This document shows positions 28,913 to 36,785 of a stretch of 62,089 nucleotides of DNA, piece by piece (the stretch's first letter is position 1; the number at the start of each line of letters is the position of its first letter). Below the pieces are notes generated by a model, which did not search any database, was not told the origin of the DNA, and saw only the letters and a program-made list of their open reading frames with translations. The stretch spans positions 1 to 62,089 of the forward strand of contig CAZUQJ010000003.1 of assembly GCA_964622505.1 (NCBI GenBank), read 5' to 3'. A program made the position numbers and the translations under genes. The stretch comes from an uncultured Candidatus Saccharibacteria bacterium. Its GTDB lineage: Bacteria > Patescibacteriota > Minisyncoccia > Phycocordibacterales > UBA9973.

Positions 28913-29692
28913 CTAAACAAAAATGGGTTCAAAAAAATCCCTGTTGATTTCGTAGCCAGAATTATTATCATTTTTTATGACATCATAAACTAACTCTAAA
29001 TCAACCGTTAGTCTTTTATTAATTTTACCAATTTCTGTGCTCAAGTTTTGAGCACTTGTATTACTTAATTTTGAGCCACTAATTTTTTTACCTTGTGCAA
29101 GTTTTACTATATATTCAAAACGCTTATTTTTACCATTACCACCCCTAAAGGCACAACTCAAAGTTTTATTATTACAGTTTTTTATAATTTTTTTATCTTT
29201 CTTATCTATTTTTAAAATAATTTTACTACTAGTACTAAATTGGCTTTCTTTTTTAAAATTTTCCGTTGTTTTACTAGACTGAGTATTTTCACTATCAAAA
29301 AGGATTCCAATCTTCTTTAATGTGGTTGGGTTATTCACCGACAGCAACAAATTATTAGTGTGAAATTCATAATCATGGTCATCCTTATTTGTATACTTAT
29401 TCGTAGAAGTAATAAAATCTATTTTAGAAAATTCACGTAATTTGCTAACTAATATTTCAGCTTCTGTTAAACTAAAACAAGAACACTCTTGCTCAAGCAA
29501 CTTGAGGGGTACAGAGAAAACATAGCTAAGCGAAGAGGTGGATTCACCCCTCCCTACATGTAATTCCTCTCTACTGAGTATAATGTCTACAAATCTCTTA
29601 AGCTTGTTACGACTTTCCTCGGATAAAGACTTTATTTTTTCAACCTGAATCTCAGCATAAGATTCAGGGGTATTTTTTATCTTAATCTTCAT
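28913..29692 (-). CDS. hypothetical protein, possible C-terminal winged-helix
   Basis: 259 aa; C-terminal ...GKINKRL...NNSGYEI resembles the end of an OmpR-type wHTH; weak. Confidence 0.4.
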   Translation of the reverse strand: MKIKIKNTPESYAEIQVEKIKSLSEESRNKLKRFVDIILSREELHVGRGESTSSLSYVFSVPLKLLEQECSCFSLTEAEILVSKLREFSKIDFITSTNKYTNKDDHDYEFHTNNLLLSVNNPTTLKKIGILFDSENTQSSKTTENFKKESQFSTSSKIILKIDKKDKKIIKNCNNKTLSCAFRGGNGKNKRFEYIVKLAQGKKISGSKLSNTSAQNLSTEIGKINKRLTVDLELVYDVIKNDNNSGYEINRDFFEPIFV

Positions 29693-29834
29693 TTATATAT
29701 TCATTGTTAAATATGCACATTGTGAATGTTGTGAACATTGTACTAGCACATTTTACCATTTTATGGCATACTTTTAAAGTCAATTAAATACGAGACCTAA
29801 CCCTTAAATTTTAATATTTAAGGTATGGTCAAAT

Positions 29835-29936
29835 CCAGCTAAGGTGTTAAAAACCCATCATTGGGGTTACCTTAGCTGGTCATACAGGGAAACTTGTATT
29901 GGATGGCGAAAGCTGTCACCTAGTGGTGGGCTTTTT
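29835..29936 (+). ncRNA. candidate structured RNA (unknown class)
   Basis: 11-bp perfect stem CCAGCTAAGGT/ACCTTAGCTGG enclosing AACCC/GGGTT, then two GAAA-tetraloop hairpins (ATACAGG-GAAA-CTTGTAT; GATGGC-GAAA-GCTGTC with G-U pairs), then CACC-TAGT-GGTG and a T-run. Confidence 0.4.
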
Positions 29937-29957
29937 GCTACTAATTATCATACTAAG

Positions 29958-30578
29958 ATGAAAATAAATATGAAAAAATATCTAGCAGTTTTATTTCTAA
30001 TAGCATTTATTGTTCCCTCAGTTGCGTCTGCTTCTTGGTGGAATCCTTTTGGTTGGTCAAAGAATTCTAAAGAAAACATAAATGTTATCGAACCAACACT
30101 AGTTAAACAAACTGAGAAGTCTGATTCTAAGGTTGAAACCAAACCTAAAGAAGTCAAAGAAACTAAAGTTATTGAGAGAATAGTAGAAAAACCCGTCATC
30201 CAAAAAATAACTGTACAGGACCCAACACTTCAAGCTAAAATTGATTCTTTAATTTTAGAAAATAGTAATCTTAAAGCGGAGATAGAAAGGTTGAAAAAAG
30301 CAAACGAATCATTAAGTGCTGAGCCAAAATCAACAGTGCTTTCTAAATTTGCTTCGAAATGTTTAAACGTAAAAGAAGACATATTAGATTACAAAGAACA
30401 GATCGAAGAGATAGACGATAAGTATAATAATATTTACGAAGAAGATATGAATAGAAATCCAAAAAGAAATCCCGATACATATAGAAAAGTAGTTGATGGC
30501 AGGAAACAAAAAGAACTATCATCTCTTAAGTCTATTTTAAGTGGTGCCTTAGCTGATAAGGAATTATATTGCGATTAA
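29958..30578 (+). CDS. secreted coiled-coil protein
   Basis: ATG at 29958 gives the signal peptide MKINMKKYLAVLFLIAFIVPSVASA; the GTG extension from 29844 would translate the RNA structure. Confidence 0.55.
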   Translation: MKINMKKYLAVLFLIAFIVPSVASASWWNPFGWSKNSKENINVIEPTLVKQTEKSDSKVETKPKEVKETKVIERIVEKPVIQKITVQDPTLQAKIDSLILENSNLKAEIERLKKANESLSAEPKSTVLSKFASKCLNVKEDILDYKEQIEEIDDKYNNIYEEDMNRNPKRNPDTYRKVVDGRKQKELSSLKSILSGALADKELYCD

Positions 30579-30584
30579 AAATAT

Positions 30585-31118
30585 ATGGAAAATAAAAATT
30601 TTTGGTGGTATCGTCTAGCAATAATTATTTATATAATAATATATATTGTACTATTTTTAGCTGTAACTCTTGGTATTTTTTATGAAACTAAACCCTATGT
30701 GATATATAATATAAATAAAGAAAAATCGTATATTCAATGTAAAGTCGATGATTCTACCTTTGCGTTTAATCTAAATCCACAATTAACTATTATTTCATAT
30801 TTCGAAAAGCCAACGCTCGACAGTTATTCTGTTGATTGGGCAACTAAAGTTTGCTTGGAGCGTACTGTAACAAAATCAAATATACAGGAAGACCTTGAGT
30901 CATATAGATTATCTAAACAAACAAGAAATTTTACTGAGTATATTGAAGTCACAGAAGAAACACACGGTAGTTGGAAAGAAAACATAGTCTACACCCTAGT
31001 TTCAATGTTAGGCGTTTATTTTCTAATGTATATAATTTTTTCAATTTTTAATTGGATAGCATTTGGTGAAAGTTTTAAAAAACCTAAGTTACTTAAGATG
31101 TGGCAAGAAGAAGATTAA
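30585..31118 (+). CDS. hypothetical membrane protein (2 TM)
   Basis: 177 aa with N- and C-terminal TM helices. Confidence 0.5.
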   Translation: MENKNFWWYRLAIIIYIIIYIVLFLAVTLGIFYETKPYVIYNINKEKSYIQCKVDDSTFAFNLNPQLTIISYFEKPTLDSYSVDWATKVCLERTVTKSNIQEDLESYRLSKQTRNFTEYIEVTEETHGSWKENIVYTLVSMLGVYFLMYIIFSIFNWIAFGESFKKPKLLKMWQEED

Positions 31119-31191
31119 GGTTTTGTAAGCAGAAAACCCTATAAATCTTGTCATTTTTAACAAAAAGTTACTTTAGGTTGGCAATTTGTAC

Positions 31192-31197
31192 TATACT
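31192..31197 (+). promoter_or_regulatory. -10 box 6 nt upstream of the ATG (leaderless geometry)
   Basis: TATACT-tgaaag-ATG. Confidence 0.45.
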
Positions 31198-31203
31198 TGA
31201 AAG

Positions 31204-32802
31204 ATGTTTAAGAATGACAAAGGAGAAATAGTACTTCATTTAGATATGCGACTTGGACAAATTACTGGTGGTGAGCCAGTAGTGACGGAAGAACAACTAA
31301 AACAAGCCTTTAAAGCTTATAATTTAAAAGAGGCACTTCTAACTTTAGCTGAGTTGTCAAAGAACATTTTTAATGGAAACATTCCTCAACCATTTACAAT
31401 GATTGGTAAAACTAGCGTACAACACCCTGCTGGAACGTTCATTTCACAATTTACTATTGAGTATTTAGCAAATATTTTTCTTATATCTGGAGCTAATGAT
31501 TATAAAAGTGAGAGCATTAAAAGCAAAGATAATCTTCTGGGTCTTTTCAATATTTACAATAATTCTGTGATACATCAAGGTCTCATCGATGGTCAGTTGT
31601 CATCTTTATTAGTTCCTATGTATTTCGAACAAATCAAAGGTCAAGCTAGTGTTCAAGACCTTTTAGTTAGACAATGGATGATTTTTAGTGAGGTCAGAAA
31701 GCAAATAGGTAATGGAGATTTTGAAGACATTGATAGTACTATTTTACAGAGTACAAATCTTTGTGTCGAAGAAATCATAGGACTTTCCTTTACTATTTTT
31801 TCTTACCTTATACATAATCCGTTATTTAATATTGGCAATCTAGATGGACACAAAATTGAAAGCTTTAAAAATCTTGTAACAACAGAAAAGGTTAATCATT
31901 TTTTAAATTTATACTCGGCAACATATTCAGAGATTCGTGAATTAGACCAGAAATTAAATCCAAAAGATACAAAAGAGTACACAAAAACAAGATTCAATCC
32001 TCTCTGGAAAAAACCAATTCTACGTTTGGAAACAAATTTATTTCTTGCTCCTAGCTTAACTGCTTACACAACAGCGAGCTTTTATGGATTATTTTGGTGG
32101 TTTGATGATTATTATAGAAACCAATCCAAAAAAAGACAGATGGACTTTAGGAAGTATTTTGGTCTTCTTTTTGAGAACTACACTGGAGAGGTTCTTAAAG
32201 ATATATATGGAGAAGCCTCAGTAAGAAGACAAGTTAAATATGGTCCTTCAGGAAAAGAAATTGATTTTATTGATTGGACTGTTATACAAGAGAATAAAGT
32301 TTATCTATTTGAAGTTAAAGCTTATCAATTTCCCCTAGAGACACTTCAAAAAGGAAAGCCTGATGATGTTAGAAAAGAGGTAGTCAATAAAATTGTTGAA
32401 TCTATAAGGCAAATTTACCAAAGAACACTGGATATAGATATTTATGACGAACTCTCTGAATTTAGAGCTAAGAACATAATACCCATCGTAGTTTTTTATG
32501 ACATCCCTTTTGCATCTTCATCTATGTATAAAGACAATATCAGTAAAGCTCTTACTGATTTAAACCCCAAATACTCTGGAATTAAAGATTTTAGATATTA
32601 CTTAATCGGCATTAGTGAATTAGAAGACTTTTATTATTGCTCTGACAACATAGTAATAGAAGATATTTTTGAAACTATAAAAGATAATCCAGCGACAGGA
32701 TTTAACTCAGAAGTTTCTAATAACTTCAAGGACAAGACCAGAAAGAATTTTCTTGATAGAAATTTTGACAGGTATCTAGACAACTTAGTGCCTGAATTAT
32801 AA
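31204..32802 (+). CDS. predicted PD-(D/E)xK-fold nuclease with large unknown N-terminal domain
   Basis: 532 aa; C-terminal GKEIDFIDWTVIQENKVYLFEVKAYQF fits a D...ExK restriction-endonuclease-like core. Confidence 0.5.
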   Translation: MFKNDKGEIVLHLDMRLGQITGGEPVVTEEQLKQAFKAYNLKEALLTLAELSKNIFNGNIPQPFTMIGKTSVQHPAGTFISQFTIEYLANIFLISGANDYKSESIKSKDNLLGLFNIYNNSVIHQGLIDGQLSSLLVPMYFEQIKGQASVQDLLVRQWMIFSEVRKQIGNGDFEDIDSTILQSTNLCVEEIIGLSFTIFSYLIHNPLFNIGNLDGHKIESFKNLVTTEKVNHFLNLYSATYSEIRELDQKLNPKDTKEYTKTRFNPLWKKPILRLETNLFLAPSLTAYTTASFYGLFWWFDDYYRNQSKKRQMDFRKYFGLLFENYTGEVLKDIYGEASVRRQVKYGPSGKEIDFIDWTVIQENKVYLFEVKAYQFPLETLQKGKPDDVRKEVVNKIVESIRQIYQRTLDIDIYDELSEFRAKNIIPIVVFYDIPFASSSMYKDNISKALTDLNPKYSGIKDFRYYLIGISELEDFYYCSDNIVIEDIFETIKDNPATGFNSEVSNNFKDKTRKNFLDRNFDRYLDNLVPEL

Positions 32803-33837
32803 TGATTCCAATTTATTTAAAATTGCTCCCTTTGCTAACTTTTTCAAGAAATACCAAGTAGGTATCAGGAAAAAATATGTGTCTTTGAATTTTAAGCCTT
32901 CAGCACCAATAATGTCGTGTATATCAATTTCATCATCCTTTTGCCATCCTGTTTTCGGCCTATTAAATCGAGCAAAAGACATTCCCAGAACGGGACTTAT
33001 ATAGGCTGTACCAGAATCATCTTCTACTCCATAACTATCTTTAACTACACTAGGAAAAGGAAATCCCTGATGAACAAATTTACTTCTATATTGATAAGCA
33101 CTGAAAAAACAAGAGAAAACTAGTTTGTCTGCTTCATTAAACGCAGACATCTCCTTTGCACATCTCCAGCGTTCTTTATTGGCTTTAGTTAAACAAGAAT
33201 CAAATAAAGTCACTCCTTTTTCTAGCCTCTCTCTATAAACTTCCATTGCTTTTAACTTGTCATATACTACCTTATTTAGTTTTGGAGAAATTTTACTTGC
33301 AAATGTAGCAAAATCCCAGCTACCCTCTGCTCCACTAAGTGCATCAATAATTCTCATTAGGCTTAGGTAACTGTCAGCATAGAAATTAGGATATAAAAGA
33401 CGAGCATTGTTATACTCACTAATCAAATATTGAATTCTCATAGCTTCTACTTCTTTTTGCTTATTTCCTGACTGAAAATTTGAATCAATAGTAGTACCTA
33501 TCTTTTCAAATAGCTCTAGATTAAAGTCGGACTGAGAAACCTTCCTAATGGACTGAGCGGGTATCATTTTTGTGCCGAAATAAAAGCCATGTCCTACGGT
33601 TAAGCGTTTCTTTTTCTGTATACCAATATCTAGAACAAATCCAAGTGTAGATTCAGGGTCAAAGAACCCTGTTGGAGTATCTTTTTCTTGGTCAATACGT
33701 CCATATTTAGCATATTCAGCTAAAATTACAAGCCCATCATCTGACCTCATCATTTTTAACTGCCCAAACTTTTGGCTTAGGGCAATATGTCCATCAATAT
33801 TAAAATCAGTCAGTTCCCAAGATTCTAATTCATCCAT
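32797..33837 (-). CDS. HEPN-domain protein, ApeA-like architecture
   Basis: 346 aa; beta-rich N-terminal part, helical C-terminal part with Rx4H motif YRSKFVHQG. Confidence 0.5.
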   Translation of the reverse strand: MDELESWELTDFNIDGHIALSQKFGQLKMMRSDDGLVILAEYAKYGRIDQEKDTPTGFFDPESTLGFVLDIGIQKKKRLTVGHGFYFGTKMIPAQSIRKVSQSDFNLELFEKIGTTIDSNFQSGNKQKEVEAMRIQYLISEYNNARLLYPNFYADSYLSLMRIIDALSGAEGSWDFATFASKISPKLNKVVYDKLKAMEVYRERLEKGVTLFDSCLTKANKERWRCAKEMSAFNEADKLVFSCFFSAYQYRSKFVHQGFPFPSVVKDSYGVEDDSGTAYISPVLGMSFARFNRPKTGWQKDDEIDIHDIIGAEGLKFKDTYFFLIPTWYFLKKLAKGAILNKLESL

Positions 33838-33843
33838 TTTTTA

Positions 33844-33852
33844 ATTATAGCA
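33844..33852 (-). promoter_or_regulatory. extended -10 promoter, leaderless geometry
   Basis: Minus strand reads TGCTATAAT-taaaaa-ATG. Confidence 0.55.
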
Positions 33853-33929
33853 CCCCTTGACACCTAATGCATGTATACTATTTTGAGGTATTTGTACAAT
33901 TTATAAAAAGGTCTATTATATAGGTATAT

Positions 33930-34598
33930 ATGAAAATTAAAGAAAAACTAAACAAAATAAAGTCCTATATCTCAAATACTAAATTTGGGGTTTTCCTTGT
34001 GGTAGTTTTAATCATCCTGAGCGCACTTTTTTTGTTATCTGAAAATAGAGATGGAGAATGTTCTAAGGAGTATAAAATACAAAGAAAATATTTAAGTAGA
34101 GACACATCTTCTGTGGGGTTTACCTTTAATAGGTATGAAACCGCTAATTCAAGTCCTGAAATATTAAAAAATTTAGACTTAAATTCTAGTAAAACAGCAA
34201 AAGAATTTAGGTCTAGTATAGATTCTCAACTTAAAGATAAAGTTGATTTTGATGGCAAATATACCGTAGTGGGTGTCGGCATGACGGGCTGGGATGGACC
34301 TGTGTGGATAGTAGACAGATTGGACGGCAAGGCTTATGAATTTCCATATCACCACTATTATTTTTCTTTAGCTTACTCCAAGGATAGCAATTTGATTGTT
34401 GTAAATTCTAAAGATAAAATAAAAGAAATGCATAAAATCCATGGTTGTTCTTATCTTAATATTACGGGAGATGGGATTAGTGGAGCTTATGATTTGAGAC
34501 CTCACTATTTTCTATGGGAAGATGGTCAGTTTAAATATTTAGGACCCGATAATTATATTCCTAGTAAAAATACTTTTTGGGAAGGTTATTTTAAATAA
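33930..34598 (+). CDS. hypothetical membrane-anchored protein
   Basis: 222 aa with an N-terminal TM helix. Confidence 0.5.
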   Translation: MKIKEKLNKIKSYISNTKFGVFLVVVLIILSALFLLSENRDGECSKEYKIQRKYLSRDTSSVGFTFNRYETANSSPEILKNLDLNSSKTAKEFRSSIDSQLKDKVDFDGKYTVVGVGMTGWDGPVWIVDRLDGKAYEFPYHHYYFSLAYSKDSNLIVVNSKDKIKEMHKIHGCSYLNITGDGISGAYDLRPHYFLWEDGQFKYLGPDNYIPSKNTFWEGYFK

Positions 34599-34671
34599 TA
34601 ATCAAAATTAAATATTTTTTATGATTTCAAAATAGTACAAAAAGACCAAAAGAAAACGAACTACCTTTCGC

Positions 34672-35085
34672 CTATTCCAAATCCCTATTTAATATCTGTT
34701 CTTTTAAGTTCTGATCATAGTTCTTAATGTTTTGTTGGAACTTTGGCTCAAAGAAGAAGTTATAGACGTTTTCTTTAGGTTTTTCTATATCTTCATTTTT
34801 ATAATGCCCCTTTAGTTTAAGCCCTGTTTCAAGGTATTTGTGTCTTACTGCATAATCTGGCTCTATTCCTTCTTCCGTTTTCTTTCCTGCTTCTAGTCCC
34901 TCATCAAGCACTTTAGCCAACTTATCGTCAGAAATAAACTTCTCCATCAATTCTTTCCACCCATTACTTTGAGTTAACTTTTCTGTTTTCTGTGGGTTAG
35001 CATAAATACCCTCCATAGCTTTACTTATAACTCCCCCCGTTTCCCCCAATCTTTCAAACACTTTTTTCTGTTTTATGGTAGGCAT
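34672..35085 (-). CDS. hypothetical protein (faint terminase-small-subunit-like N-terminus)
   Basis: 137 aa; KQKKVFERLGETGGVISKAM and DYAVRHKYLETGLKLKG; weak. Confidence 0.4.
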   Translation of the reverse strand: MPTIKQKKVFERLGETGGVISKAMEGIYANPQKTEKLTQSNGWKELMEKFISDDKLAKVLDEGLEAGKKTEEGIEPDYAVRHKYLETGLKLKGHYKNEDIEKPKENVYNFFFEPKFQQNIKNYDQNLKEQILNRDLE

Positions 35086-35190
35086 AGTAATTTAAGTAAT
35101 AGCTAATAATTGCCGTATCTGCATTAAAGAAACCGAAGGATAAGGAAATACCTCTTCCCAATTTGTGTTCGTAAGTTGTAGTTTCCAGCG

Positions 35191-35234
35191 AGCATAATAA
35201 AAAAGCACCAGTAATGGTGCTTTTTTATTATGCT
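35191..35234. repeat. perfect 20-bp-stem hairpin (bidirectional terminator-like insulator)
   Basis: AGCATAATAAAAAAGCACCA-GTAA-TGGTGCTTTTTTATTATGCT. Confidence 0.8.
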
Positions 35235-35274
35235 CCCCGGAGCAAGCAAACTGCTTTGCTTGCATGTAGGGAGC
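35232..35274. repeat. nested imperfect palindrome, possible recombinase site
   Basis: GCTCCC-cgga-GCAAGCAAA-ctgc-TTTGCTTGC-atgta-GGGAGC. Confidence 0.5.
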
Positions 35275-35367
35275 GAAAAGCTTTTCTGTATTTTTGAAAA
35301 TCTTTGATTTTTAAAAATTAGAAAAGGTATACTGTTCCTGTAAGGAAAGATACCCTACCCACGGAGC

Positions 35368-35396
35368 TTGACGTTTAACACTATTTATGCTATTAT
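35368..35396 (+). promoter_or_regulatory. promoter, copy 1 of a duplicated promoter-leader module
   Basis: TTGACG, 17 nt, TATTAT; about 65 nt similar to 36253..36321. Confidence 0.55.
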
Positions 35397-35734
35397 ATAA
35401 AGATAGTAGTTCTTTAATATTTGGTTATCTTGTTTTGTATATTGCTCTCTGGACATCAATTATTGGTTTCTATAGAGCAATAATACAAAACAATTTTAAA
35501 ATCATAAAAATGGAACAGCAAGAAAAAAGCCCAAGGGCACAACTCCACACTCTCGTTGGTAAGGAGATGAGATTCGAAAAACGCGCAGATATGAATGGAG
35601 GTACTGTGCCTCATCACGTGGAAGAGCATAAACAAGCTCAGAAGGAACTTGAAGAGTTTCTTCTCAAAAATCCATCAATGAGGGAGCATTTGGAAACGGT
35701 TCAAGACCATTTCTTTAAACAGTTGTATGAATAA
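35387..35734 (+). CDS. hypothetical protein (start uncertain; alternative ATG at 35510)
   Basis: The longest ORF starts inside the predicted promoter; if the promoter is real the product is the 74-aa MEQQEKSPR... form. Confidence 0.45.
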   Translation: MLLYKDSSSLIFGYLVLYIALWTSIIGFYRAIIQNNFKIIKMEQQEKSPRAQLHTLVGKEMRFEKRADMNGGTVPHHVEEHKQAQKELEEFLLKNPSMREHLETVQDHFFKQLYE

Positions 35735-35736
35735 CA

Positions 35737-35771
35737 AAACCCACCAGTAGTAACCTACTTCGGTGGGTTTT
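35737..35771 (+). terminator. intrinsic terminator
   Basis: AAAACCCACC...GGTGGGTTTT. Confidence 0.75.
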
Positions 35772-35848
35772 CTATTTATTCTTGTGTTATATAACTCTTC
35801 GAACATCATCCCAAGTTCGGAGCAATATAATAGTTTGAATCATAACGT

Positions 35849-36211
35849 ATGCTTGAAAGTTTATTATTAAATAGCTATAATACCCTCGTGAGTGTAATTA
35901 AAAATCAAGACAGATATCATATAATTACGGCAATTATTCTAATACTAGTACTAATAAGTATTGGAACAGTCGCATTTCATATTCTAGAGGGTTGGGATTT
36001 TGCTACCAGCTTTTACTTTTCTGTAGCTACTTTGACTACTGTTGGGTATGGTGACATACACCCCACTACAGATCTTTCTCGTATTGTTGTTGCAATATAT
36101 ATACTCATAGGTGTTGGTACAATGTTGGCGTCTCTAACAGTAATAGCCACAGATCGTATCAACAAAACAGCAGGCCGAATGCGTGGTATTGCAGATAAAA
36201 AACAACAGTAA
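35849..36211 (+). CDS. two-TM potassium channel (KcsA-like pore only)
   Basis: Selectivity filter TLTTVGYGD between two TM helices; 120 aa. Confidence 0.85.
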   Translation: MLESLLLNSYNTLVSVIKNQDRYHIITAIILILVLISIGTVAFHILEGWDFATSFYFSVATLTTVGYGDIHPTTDLSRIVVAIYILIGVGTMLASLTVIATDRINKTAGRMRGIADKKQQ

Positions 36212-36252
36212 GAATCCTTGCCACCACTCGCAAATACTCCAAAGTGTGTAGT

Positions 36253-36281
36253 TTGACTTATAACACTATTTATGCTACAGT
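36253..36281 (+). promoter_or_regulatory. promoter, copy 2 of the duplicated module
   Basis: TTGACT, 17 nt, TACAGT; shares TAACACTATTTATGCTA with copy 1. Confidence 0.5.
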
Positions 36282-36364
36282 ATAAAAATAGGATAGTTCT
36301 TGGATATTGGGATTTTAAATTGTTTCCAGAGATTCTTCTGGAGTTTGTGGTAACAATTTAAAAT

Positions 36365-36718
36365 ATGAACAAAAAAACAAACCTAGCACTCGGAGTTATT
36401 TTTGTAACTTCAGTATTAATCTTTACTTATTCCTACCTAAACCATTTGTATAGAATGAGCCGACTGAACTTATCCTTCATAGAAGGAATATTGATGCTCG
36501 TTTTGGCAGTAATAGTGTTAATGATTCCAGGAAATTGGAGCGCAAAAATCATTGCGGCGATTGCTTCGCTGGTTGTGGTGGTAACTACAAAACCTGAATT
36601 TGATAGTGCATTTTTTACTGCATTGCATTCTGCATGCTATGCAGTAACACTAATCTCACTTTGTGTTCTTCATCACGATACACAAAAAAATCTAAAATCG
36701 AAAGACCCATCTCAATGA
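36365..36718 (+). CDS. hypothetical membrane protein
   Basis: 117 aa, about four TM helices. Confidence 0.55.
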   Translation: MNKKTNLALGVIFVTSVLIFTYSYLNHLYRMSRLNLSFIEGILMLVLAVIVLMIPGNWSAKIIAAIASLVVVVTTKPEFDSAFFTALHSACYAVTLISLCVLHHDTQKNLKSKDPSQ

Positions 36719-36785
36719 TAGGCCTTTTCATAAATATTCAACCAAACATCATCTCACGTTCGGAGTGTTGGGATAGTCCCATAAA

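Larger units (their letters stand above)
25005..35367. mobile_element. integrative element next to tRNA-Asn (serine-recombinase type); right end approximate
   Basis: Starts at the tRNA 3' end. Carries recombinase, excisionase-HTH, P-loop ATPase and orphan genes, and is visibly more AT-rich than the flanks. The right side has a large hairpin, a palindrome and a degenerate tRNA-Asn 3' copy at 35349..35367. Confidence 0.55.

Noticed and set aside
29844-29957. GTG-initiated N-terminal extension of the secreted coiled-coil protein
   Set aside because: The extension translates through strong RNA helices and precedes an internal ATG that yields a canonical signal peptide.
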